A stretch of 64,000 bases of DNA, from the NCBI RefSeq assembly GCF_023055435.1, contig NW_025963791.1:806001-870000 (forward strand), written 5' to 3'. This document shows, piece after piece, positions 14,001-25,400 of this stretch (the first letter of the stretch is position 1; each line of letters opens with the position of its first letter). The notes below the pieces were generated by a model. That model was not told the DNA's origin, made no database searches, and saw only the letters and a program-made list of their open reading frames with translations. The stretch is from Haliotis rufescens. Lineage: Eukaryota. The translations under genes were made by a program, and so were the position numbers.

Positions 14001-14232
14001 TTTCATTTGAATTTCTAAACTATAAACATTATAAACATTACCATGATTACTGTACACAAACATCAGCAATCAGGCAATGATAGTTTAACACTGGCAGCAT
14101 AGACACATGAAGCAGACACGTCTTTCTGCAAACAGGAATGTGAAGGAGAGTGCTGTTGAGTGACTTACCAGGTCTGTTGTAGTGAGATGTTCCATATCTC
14201 TGGCCATCTACCTGCATCATCAACCCCTGCAT
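8093..14232 (-). CDS. ENKD1: Enkurin domain-containing protein 1, 5' coding exons (partial; 3' exons not found in the window)
   Basis: Phase-consistent GT-AG exons 14232-14169, 11802-11642, 10444-10304, 8253-8093 give MQGLMMQVDG..KDHVQENVRRMRQIQRR..VKVMWKSAKFSEVQSKIK..SANYLRAHSRAGP..VDFIKLNGR..YQRGEVPKY. This is colinear with recalled human ENKD1 motifs (KDHEKENLRRIREIQKR, ALWRSPKY, FLRAHSRCGP, VDFIRHN, QKGHVPHY). Confidence 0.88.
8827..10139. mobile_element. Non-autonomous Tc1/mariner(pogo)-type TIR element, ~1.3 kb
   Basis: TIRs CAGTGATCCCACGCTA / TAGCGAGGGACCACTG, with TA at the right flank. No transposase ORF. Confidence 0.7.
10790..11275. mobile_element. Mutator-like MITE with long TIRs (CATCTTC..GAGGCAA..)
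   Basis: ~70-bp TIRs. Degenerate 9-bp TSD catgggaat/tgtgggaaa. Same family as 31908-32449. Confidence 0.75.
12041..12190 (-). mobile_element. tRNA-SINE family C, 3' fragment
   Basis: Reverse complement of the 3' parts of 55222-55500 and 56087-56353, with a (CTCA)n tail. Confidence 0.65.
12663..12923 (+). mobile_element. SINE family B (RUDI-like), near full length
   Basis: Reads gacctgtgaagat..ggcaactaacggga..gctggaatattgctgag with an (AAC) tail. Other copies at 13668-13917, 14420-14570, 37909-38075, 42171-42300, 46378-46830, 54677-55090. Confidence 0.75.
13195..13356 (-). mobile_element. tRNA-derived SINE family A, full length
   Basis: A box (tagccttgtggttaaag) and B box (ggttcgaatcc) on the minus strand, (CTCA)n tail, 12-bp TSD ctgaataaaaga. 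Confidence 0.9.
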
Positions 14233-14574
14233 CTTCTGTAAAGCAACTGCGACAACCAGCTAGAATCTGTGTAGCTGCAACATGCCAATAACCGCCATCA
14301 GATTACATAACTACACATGCCATGAATATTGTGATTACAGTTACATGACTGTGGAACCATGAGGACTCTCACTTGGGTACTTCCAAGACAGAACAGATCT
14401 CCAGTTTTCATATGATCGACCTCTGAAGACCGAGTTGATGGATGTCATCGTAATTGCATAGATGGATGCTCATGATGTCAATCACTTGATTGTCTGGTAC
14501 AGACTTGATTATTTACCAACCGCCATCATATAGCTGGAATATTGCTGAGTGCAACGTTAACAAACAAACATTAT

Positions 14575-15100
14575 TGATCGTAAAGGGGATCCATGGGCTA
14601 AGGATCAAGTTCTGCTTGTTCTGGGTAGCCTACCCTAACATTGGCGACATTTCAATGAGTTCAGCGCCAATATAATACACCTAATAAACTGCATTCCTGT
14701 GCATAATAAGGAAAGTTAATGAATCGAAAAAATAATATATGTATAATAGTTCCCATTTATAATCATTTTAGCCACTTGAATTAAGAAAAAACAGAAACAA
14801 ACATTATATTGAAAATAAAAGTGCTTTCATAAATTAGCGCTTGCTATAAAATGTACCGCTGCAGGCGTCATTTAGTAAACAAATATTAAAAACTCTCAAC
14901 ATTGCTAGGCTTATCCAATGACATTGTGTGTAGAGATGATAGATCACTGGGCAATGCTGGGAGGAGCTTATGCACACTCGATGACCCCTGACGTCACAGG
15001 GTATTGTTTCGTTGGCGTGACTGGCAACAAAATACTAAAAATCATATGGTATTGTGACATGTTTCAAAAGTTTGTGATACTGTATTCTAAAGGTAGGCCC
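14575..15100 (-). mobile_element. One-ended fragment of a TIR DNA-transposon family (terminus GGCCTACCTTTAGAATACAG)
   Basis: Reverse complement of 60383-60905. Confidence 0.75.
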
Positions 15101-15860
15101 TATATCGTACTAAAACAGGTCTTACTTCCCAAAACGCATCAAATCACTTGAATATGTTCATTAAAAACCTGAAAAGATTTTTAAAGTTTTGACTATGCCC
15201 AGTTGACAGTACACATGCTTTGCAAATCTTGCAATTAAATGAAATCTGCACAGCAGTCGTCATGTTGTTTACAAAACGGATGTCTATTTCATTACACAAT
15301 TTTTTATTGAACTATGCACAGACTCGTTAGCCAACCAAAATTTAATTCCAGCCTAGTTTGGCAAGGATGCAAACTGGACTTTTATAGTCAGTCAACCCAT
15401 TTGCCTCAGAAAATGAGTCTGAAGTAGCAGTAACACTGTTTTGTTGATGTGTCCAGTAACATTGTTTAAAACATTGTCATTTGGTATTCCCATCATGGTC
15501 ATTAATCTTGATCATTGTTGATGAAGAGTAATAATGAACTATAAAGCCCTGTGTTTCTTTCACTATTGTGTTCATCGAACATTAAACTTGCCCACATGTA
15601 CATAGAGTGTTACGAGCATGATTAGTAAATAGTCGAAACCTAGAGAGCAGCCTAGACCAGCAAACCCAAGAAGTATTTCGGGTAAGCTACAGATACAAAA
15701 CAACACAAAACATTTGTGAAACTGAATATGAAGTCAAGATTCAACACGAACAATTCGGTATAAATTCCCATTCACGAGCTAGCAACATGTTCTCGGTGCA
15801 CATGACAAGAATGTATCATATGTGATAACTTAGAAGTGTATGAATATGATTCGACAATAC

Positions 15861-16200
15861 CTTTCCCAGATGCGTAGAAAGAGAAATTATGATTTGAATG
15901 GCTTTTTCTCAATTTCAACAGTATAACTATTCACCCGCCATCTTGGTTTGTTTAAGTCACGTGACTGCAAAGTAACCGTTTAATATACATACTTTTTTTG
16001 TAGTTGTGAATCGCAAAGCATTTCTTAATAAACTATGTTCACATATCTATATATGAAATATAAAAATAATTTCAGATTTGCTAGAAAACTAGTTCACGAT
16101 TTAACGAGAGCGTCATGTTGCCATGGCGATGACAACATCCGCAGTAATGGATGCCTCCTAAACAGGAGACAAATAGATTTTTCCAAAATGACAAAGTGAA
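15861..16200. promoter_or_regulatory. Bidirectional promoter ENKD1 / C2orf81-like: YY1-type CCGCCATCTTGG (15935-15946), palindromic E-box AGTCACGTGACT (15955-15966), RFX X-box GTTGCCATGGCGAT (16117-16130)
   Basis: Motifs seen in sequence between two divergent genes. A minus-strand donor (AAG|GTATTG) at 15861 is the likely end of ENKD1 non-coding exon 1. Confidence 0.65.
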
Positions 16201-16485
16201 GTCAGAGTATGATGTGTGGACTTTTACAAACAAATCAAATGGTACTGCAACCACATTTTGTATGTGTTATTTATATATCTGTAGTTGTTACGTGTCAGTG
16301 CAAGGGATTAGTGCAACGGTAAATATTTACCAAAAGGCAAGGAGGAATGGTTATAACACAGCTAATGGTCTGTTTCAGTGTTTGGCATTATTCATTCAAG
16401 TGAGGTTGTATTATTTCTTTCACCACGACTTCCATATTGTTTTCCTTTTTATTTCCCAGTGAAGTGAGCTAACAACAAACCGAGA

Positions 16486-19400
16486 ATGTCACGAGCCGCT
16501 GTATCCAAATCAAGGGCTGATAAAGGGAAGCCACCAGCAGCACAAACACCTGTCATCACCCATGAAATAGTTCCTGGGAAGTTCAATGACCATGACTGGT
16601 ATGTTGTTCTTTTATTAACTTATAACTTATACCCACATTGATTTCCATTCATTAACAATTTGTCACACTCTATGATAAAAATGGATCTATAAATAGCAAC
16701 AATCATATTGTAACCAGTTCTAGAAGTCAAGTTTGCTGCATTGTTAGCTCACCTGGTCTGAAGGACCAAGGTGAGCTTATGCCATACCGTGGCATCCGGC
16801 GTCCATACGTCAACAATTTTTTCAAACGACTTCTTCTTCTGAAACAGTAATTGGAAATTAATGAAATATGACTGGAAGCATCCCTAGAGTCAAAATTACA
16901 AAATATTTGCAGTATTATCTACATGTACAATGCAGATGTATATTTGGTCATGATTGCGTAAAGATCCAGTCGAGTGATACAGGCCCTATGGTCCTCTTGT
17001 TTAAATTTTTTAGATGAGAATATCTTTAGTGCTCTGTAGCACAATGAAGACTATAATGTTTGGTTTCTATTTCAGCGAATATTTCTCCATCCTGACAGTA
17101 GTACAATATATATTAAAACATACATAATATTATATCTTGTACATACCTCTCTGTTTATGTGCTTGTGATATAAAGAACGTTTACATATTCTTTCAAATTG
17201 CATTTAATTCTCCTTTACATTACAGATATTTCAAATGGAGACATTTACATCATTGATTTGTAATTTTGCAGCAGGTCGTTTCATTAAAGTATTTGACATT
17301 TATGGAAAGTAGACCCAAGTATTCTTTCTATGTCAACATACATGCAGAATTATAGTTAGAAATAGTGAAATATGGTTAGAAAATATAATCTTTTAAAACT
17401 GATTGCCTACTTGACATAACCTTATGACACAATTGTAAATTTAATTATACCAGTGATTATTGAAATTATGTTCATTCAGGGCCCAAATGCAAAAGTATAT
17501 TTTAAGTATAAAAGAAGTTAGAGGAAAAATCCCCCTTTTGTATAGTACAATGTAGTTTGAATTGAACAACAATTGTTCAATTTATTAACATCCATATATG
17601 TTTCAGGAATATCATGCTGGACAAGGATGGAACTGAGGATTTTATCCTGGACCTTGTGGACGAGGTTGTTGACAGTACAATGGACACAATCTACAAGACA
17701 TACATTGATAAACAACTTCTCCCATTCACAATATCTCAGGCCAAAGATGCCATTCTACAAATAATTGATGTGAGTTTTATTTCATGTTTGAAGATTATCG
17801 TTGTTACTGTTAAAAAGATAATGGAAATGTATCATTATTAAGTTTTTTTATGTGATACATATATATATTTGTAACAAATGTTATGTTTGGAATAACACTT
17901 TCTTAGCAAAGTACAGATTCTTGTACTTTTTGGGGTTGAGTCCTATCTGGGATTCCAACCCACACTGCCACACTGTTGAATCTGTACTTTACAAAGAAAG
18001 TGTTATCTCAAATATAACATTTGTTACATTTGACCACTTTCTAAATGGCATTGTGTGTTCATATATATTTTTAACCTGTGTGCATCATACTTGTAAGTAT
18101 GCTGATATAGTAGTAAGATTTATTTACCTTTTTCTGTAATGTCTAATATCTTAAAAATGTCAGATTAAATGAGGCAGTTTTGTAGGGGCCAAAATACTGA
18201 TCAGATGACATGGAAAGAACTCAAGTTATTGTTTTATATGTGCAGGTTGGAAATGAATTTGCTCTATAAGCATGAGTCAAACACAAACTACAATGTATGA
18301 GATAAACTTTATTGTACATGTTGCAGTTGTACATTGACTTGACAAGGTTTCTTAGGTTGATAATGGGCGTTCCAGCAGCATTGTCATAAGGACACGCTAT
18401 AGGGGTGTTTGACTTACAGGGACATCCACATTATGGTCATTCTGAAAATAGGAACAAACTATAGATATTTGTTTTTTGCATTACATAATAAAATAATTTA
18501 ATAGAATATATCATATAACAGAGTTTTATATTTTCATTCCTCTGTTGACTGTGTCAGTTCTGTTGCAGTGGCAGTTCCTGGACCGAGATGGAGGGGAGGT
18601 GAACACAGAGGGGGATCCCACCTGGCTCCAGGATGAAGGTGAGATGAATGACTAAGTACCAACAAAAGTTGATTCAGTCGTTGAGGGTCTCTAACCTGTG
18701 ACAGATTGTTTAATCTTTTACTTATGCTGCATTACTCCTTAATGCGTCTACATTTTACCTTATGACAAAGAAGGCAGCGCCTAGCAATGGATCTAGATAA
18801 AGAAAAAAGGTTGTTTTCACTTTCAGTCTCCTTTTGCAAGGACCCATCGCTGCTGTCATGTGACCGTCCACCGTGTCGTCACATCTGTCACATTGCTGCT
18901 TGTCGCCAAACAGACATGTTGTGCCTTGTTTTTGTCCTCAACTTTTGGCTTTAATTTTTGTAGTTTGCACTTTGCTACCGTGTTACATTTCATCTGCGAC
19001 GGGTGAAGTATACCTTGTCTTATATTTATGCTCGCCTTTGTGTAATACCGGCTTGTCTGCGGTCATATATGGGAATATGTTTTCCACATATTTTTCTTCC
19101 AGTTGGCTCGTTATTTTCCTGCCATTTTGTAATTGCATTACATGTTTGTCTCCTTAATCGAGGCATTCATTATAGTTTGCAATTGTTGGCTTGGTATTAC
19201 ATTGTGTTTGTGTAAATACCTTTAGCCACTAATGGCATTTTCCAGAGTTTCACTTTTGTATTTTGGTTTATCTATTGGTATGTACAAGTCTTCTTTCACT
19301 ACAACTTCAAGTTTTGTGTAACTTATGCACTGTGTATTAATTTTGTGGCAAAAAAATGGCTTATGATCCTCATCCATGTTGTTTGGATTGCCCTCATGTA

Positions 19401-22400
19401 ATTTTTGTTCATCTCTCTCCCCGTCAAGTTTCTCAACTTATAGACAGGTTCAGTAGTCCCGTCAGCACGCGAGGAGGATGTCGGATTCACAGGAGTCTTC
19501 CAGCCACCAGTCCCCGGGTATCACCTCTCAACCCTCGGCATTGGGTTCCTGGGACGGCGACATTCATTTTCTGCCATACCTGTCTCTAATTTTCAGGCAT
19601 CCCTGGCCTCCACCATGATGGTTCCAGCGCTGGCGCATACCTCAATCCTGTCAACCCCTGCGTGTGTCACCCAAAGGGCTTGCGCCAAGCGCAATCTCTG
19701 CCAACACCTTACCAGGCTCATCAAGGCTGTCTTCCAGCCTCATTTGTCAGCAGCGATGCCTAAGCCTGAAACAAGTGTTTACGCTTACGTAAACGCCTGC
19801 AGCACACCAGAAGCCAGTAACTCCAGCTGAGTGCTCCATGTCGACCAGTATGCCATCAGCAAGTGCCAACTCTACTTCCCATCTCACCCGGCTTCACCCA
19901 GGGCCTCGTCCAAGCACTCTTCAAGAGAGATCAACGCCCCGTACCAGAAACAGCTCACCCGTGGGGTGAGCATATCACCACCATTCCGAGTCATCGGAAG
20001 CTTCATTAGACGATGATTGCAATTCATACTACGGGATGGAATACCCACCTCAGATGCCGGAGGGGATGGCAGACCTACCCATGTCAGTGGCATGCCACCT
20101 CACCGCAGCCCTTGGGTAGATTACGGCTATGCTTGGCTTCCTGGTGCTCTCAAATTTGGACTCTGAGTTCAAGCGTCGTCTCCTCTGTCAACCATGGTCA
20201 GCCAGTTCGTTATTTAACGATCAAGTCATGGATACCAATGCTCATGATGAGACGGCACTCAAGGTGCTGGAGCATGTCTGGAGCCCTTAGCCTGTCTCAG
20301 CAAGCTGGCAGGTCAGGCAATTATTGGCCAAGACACTCTTCCCTCTCAAAGAACAAGATCAACATTCTTTTTGTGGCAGAGGCACGGGCAGAGACTGGGA
20401 ACTCTCAACCCCAGTCATCCCAATCGTCGACATCCCCATAGTTGGGAGGCTTGGCCTCTTCCTGCAGAACTGGTTGGATTGGTGGATGCATTCATACTAA
20501 ACGTACTGCGCTACGGTTATCGTTTGAACATAGCGGTAGACCAACTGTTAAATGCGGCCCCTCCTTCGTGGGCTTACCCAACTACTGAGATCCAGCATAG
20601 ACATCTTGCTGGAGAAGAGAGTTATAGAGATTGTACATGCCCCAGCGGTAACACCAGGCTTCTACTCGCCCATCTTACCTGTACCCATGAAGGATTCAGA
20701 CAAGATGCGGATGATCCACAATCTCTCAGTGTTCAACTAGCGCTATTTGGAGTGGCCACCATACTTTCGCCTCACAAACTTGAGACTGGTCAGGACCATC
20801 ATCGATGCCCTCGACTCCCTGATCAGTCTCGACTTGCAGTATTCGTACCTGCATGTACCTATCCATCCCTCTGACTGCAGTTTTCTCAGGTTCCAGTTCA
20901 ATGGGGTTCACTACCAGTGGGCGGTCCTGCCCTTTCAGGCCTCAAAGTTGCAACTATGCACACTAAATTTCAATTTGTCTACTGTCTAAAATTCAGAGGT
21001 AGCCAAATGACTACCTTGAAAAATATCTTTTGGCGACTAAATTCTATTGCCACACATATGTAGACACAAAACATGTCTGCTACTAATTGTACATGCAAAT
21101 CATTCCTCCTAAAGTCAACAATGAACCGAAATACATAATTATTAATGTAATTAGTATTTTATTTTAGTTGATAGTTTATTGGATAAGCAGGGATATACCT
21201 ATATAATCTAGTAACATAAATTACATCATTGCTCGAGTCACAAATAACAAAACTCAAGTACAGTTTCCACTAATATACAATAGTAGTTATTTGATCAAAG
21301 ATAATTTCAAATGCTTTTGGCCACCTACACTATTGGCTTGACTTCTTAATTTTCCCACTGGCTATCTGGAAAAAAATACTAGTAGCCATATGGCTACTTG
21401 GTAAAATTTTAAACTTTGAGGCCTGCATTTAGTGTTTTAAGTGGCCCCGTGGCTACTTACACGAATAACCAAGCCAGTAGCTGCTTTCCTACACCTGAGG
21501 AACATCCGGTTCGAGTTGTACATAGACGACTGTCTCCTGAATCAGCCCGATACGGCTACCCTGGTTTGCCATTGGGACTTCATAAGGCGTCTGCTATATC
21601 AAATGGGATGGATGGTCAACGAGTCGAAGTTGGAACTAATTCCTTCTTACCGACTCCAGGTCATAGGAGGCCTTTTCCAGATAGATCAGGACCTACTATC
21701 AGTGCAGCGGCAAGATGGCTCAAGATCCTATGCCACCTGTAACCTGCCATTCGACAATCTTGCACACTTCACCAGTGGCAAGTGCTTTTGGAATTGCTCA
21801 CATCAGCCCAGGACTTAACAAGCAGAGGCCGATTACACCTACACCCAATACAACAGTTCCTGACGCCTTACATCAGGCGTCAAGATCAGTCATCACTCTA
21901 CCGTCTCACCTGGGGCAGTCGGGTTGCCTAGTGGTTAAAGCGTTCGCTCGTCAAGCCGAAGACCCAGGTTCGATTCCCGACATGTGTACAATGTGTGAAG
22001 CCCATTTCTGGTGTCTGCTGCCTTGATATTGCTGGAATATTGCTAAAAGCGGTCTAAAACCATACTCACTCACTCGTCTCCTCATCCAGGCTGGCCCCAA
22101 TAAAAATATACCTGTTCGTAGACACCTCCCTTCAAGACCTGTGGTCCGGTGCACAACATACTTGGCACATCAACAACCTCGAGTTGGAAGCCCTCATTCT
22201 GGCAATCTCACATTGGCAGGAGCAGCCACGGTACACCCAACTCGCAATCTCCAATGACAACAGCACGACCAATCCACCAATCACTACGTTTGTGGGGGTC
22301 GAAGATGAGGGTGAACTCCTTGTGTCCTGTCGCACATGACAAGCTTTCATCCACCGCTCCAAGACTAGGCGTGGCACAAGGAAACGTTTGTTCATTCCTG

Positions 22401-25400
22401 TATTCCAGATGTCCACGACCGAAGTCAGTCACAACACCATTTCACTATTGTTACACACGGTCATCCTGCAGGCATACAAGGAAGTATCGCTAACCTTGAT
22501 CCTCCGAGACTGAATAATCCTCACTAGAGGAGAGCGGTCGCCTCAACCATGGCTCTACATAGCAACTGTTCATAAGAGCAATCATGGAAGGATGTTTTTA
22601 GTGGTCCGACACTGTCTTTGCCAGAGATGTGGCACTTGAAGACATCAAAGGCTTTCATAGCTTTGGCCCTCTGGTCATAGTCCAGCAGGTTACCAAATAA
22701 AGAACTCCTCCTGTCCAGAGCTAGTCTTACCCGATTTGGGCAGTTATTTTACACGCCCGTTATGGGGATCATCAGGCTTACAGCCTTGGCTATTTTACAC
22801 TATTTTTCTCCTTACTGTTTGTTTACCTGGACTTATCCTCATTTCTCGTTTCTCTCTGATGGATAAGATTGAACGAGTAAAACCGATCAGCACTTGATAC
22901 GCCATACAGTTCACTTTACATGCCTGTTGCTTGAAGGATATATTGATATATTGAGGATATTTCATCTGAAGGTATACCCACCGCCATACCGTCAGATACA
23001 GATGCATTAAGGAGTAATGCAGGTTATAAGTAAAAAAAATTAGTAAAATCTAAATATTTTTCACATTTGTATACTGATCCTGCATCTACCCGTCGCAGAC
23101 CTGCCTCCCTCCCCACTATAGCTTCAGAAATTTTAGCATGGTTGACAAGCACCAATGTGACCAGATGTGACATGAACCCAGATGGTCAATGGGTTCTTGC
23201 AAAAGAAGACTGAAAGTGAAAACAACCTTTTTTCTTCATCTACGACCATCGCTAGGTGCAGTCTTCTTTGTTGTAAGGTAAGCAGGAGATGCATTTAAAA
23301 GGAGTAATGCAGGATAAGTATACAATAGTAAAACATATTTAGATTTACTAAATTTGTAGAAAAGTACAGTGCTGTCATCATGGAATGCTGCATGTCTTTT
23401 TAGTCTTGTGGTTCTGTCTAGTTTCTGATTTTACTACCAGTATCTAATCTTTGTAGGTTATGTTTACACAAAGTTAAACTCATCATGCTTGTTGACTTGC
23501 CCCAGTAGAAGTGTTTCCAATCCCTAATTCCCTAATAGGTTGAGGGACTGAGAAGTTGGGGGGACCAACAAAATTTATTCATTCAATGCTCTGTGAGATA
23601 TATAAGCCTGACCAGGTGAGCATGACAAAGCCATAAATGTTAGATCAGACAGGTATCAAATATCAGCTATATGTTACAGATCTTGTCCTGACATATTTAT
23701 ATTTGTTAGTCTAGACATTAAAACTTACCATGCATAATAGTAACTATGATCCTTTAATGTTTTGTAACCATGGTAATAGCAATAATGCTAACAAAAAGAG
23801 GATTTTGTCAATGTGAATATACCACTGCCAGTGTCTCGTTAATGTCAAAGCTCCTATCTGTCAGCAGCACTAATAACTTGCTACAGTGTAGGTGTGTGAG
23901 GTATTGCCAGTATCCCAAGTTTTTGAAATACTAATGATTACACCTCACATTACGTTTGGACAATACCGGTAAAGTTTACATAACTGAAAAGTTGAATTAA
24001 AATATGAAATTCAGAAATTAGCACTTGCCTGTGTATAATGTGTTTGTTATGCATGTGTTGTGACCATAGTAACATCCAACAAAATGGCGGATTACTTTGA
24101 AGTTGTCAAATATATGCGAGCGAAATCTGATGTGTGGGTCCATTTCAGACTTGAAATAAGCTCAAGTCATTTGGGTTGTTTTTATTCAGGTTCCAAACAA
24201 ATTACAGTGGAAAGAACAAATGCAATATATTGTGGCATGTATCACAATAAATTGCAATAATAAAAAGTCAGGCCAATACCCATCACTACTACAGTACACT
24301 CTAACGTTATGTAGGAACCATTCAAACTATTTTATCTGATATGTCTCTGCAGGTTTAAGGGATAAGATAGTTATAAACATAAACATTCTGTATTTCCCTC
24401 CAGAGCCTGACCCTGCGACAACAGACTGCTGGGCTCAGGGCTCTGTGCCGCGGACCTACCTGCCCCCTCCCACCCCCGTCATAGTGGAGGAAACACAGGA
24501 GCAGCTAGAGGAGGAACATGTACAGACAGATCTGGAAGAAGCCAAGTAAGTGGAACACAGCATGGCAGAACACAACATTTAGTGTATCACCCTCTCTTCC
24601 CTGGGACAGTCACAACTGCTTCTTTAATATTACCAGTCCACATATTATGCACCCAGGGGGCATAAACAGTTTCAAAGGGAGGGGTGGGGATGGGGGCTTA
24701 TTAATATATAAACTAGGTTAGGCATCTGTATATTTTATTATGATATACTATGGATGTAAAGAAACATGTTACCTGTTAGCTCAAGAAAGAATGCTTATGG
24801 GAACAGAGTGCTTAATATTTTGAGTTCAGTACCCTGGTATTTCTAGTCTCAAATTTTATAAGGACTAATTATCATGAATACTCCTTGTGCCATGTTTCAT
24901 TGGCGTATCTTTACTTAAGAGGGTCAAGATTGCAGCACTGATCACACCTTACATTAAAATACGAGCTTCTGCATGGTTAAGGAGCAGGCAATTATTTTCA
25001 ATGTTGCCTGCTCATGTAGCCCGCTGAGTAATCAATCACACACCTTAGGTAACTTGCTTGTCTCATATAGGTATCAATGAGCTGAAATGAACCTATGTTG
25101 TTCTGAATGCATTTGGTAAAGGGAAGTAACTTGATTCATTTGCGTCGTCTGGTAGCTGTCAAAATGGCTGTTTACTTCAGTATCTGTTAAGTTGGTTTTT
25201 ACTCAAGACACGTGTAATGAATCTTGCTGATATATGGCTCGAGGTACGTAGGCTCACACAGGGTACATCACACCATATACCCCTCAAGATCAGCTGACAA
25301 CTTCTAGGTATACAGGTGTGATCAAGAGGAGATAACTGTTTCAGAGTCCTGATTGTTGACCCAGATGAGGATCCTGAGTTGCCTGATAAAGTGTCGGAGC

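Larger units (their letters stand above)
18716..23355 (+). mobile_element. DIRS1-type tyrosine-recombinase retrotransposon, decayed, in C2orf81 intron 3
   Basis: Left ITR ~18716-18907, right ITR plus extension ~23141-23355, ICR 23000-23085. RT remnants (PGFYSPILPVP, ISLDLQYSYLHVPIHP, YQWAVLPF, LYIDDCL), RNase H (HINNLELEA) and YR remnant (LCPV). Frameshifts and deletions throughout. Confidence 0.88.
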
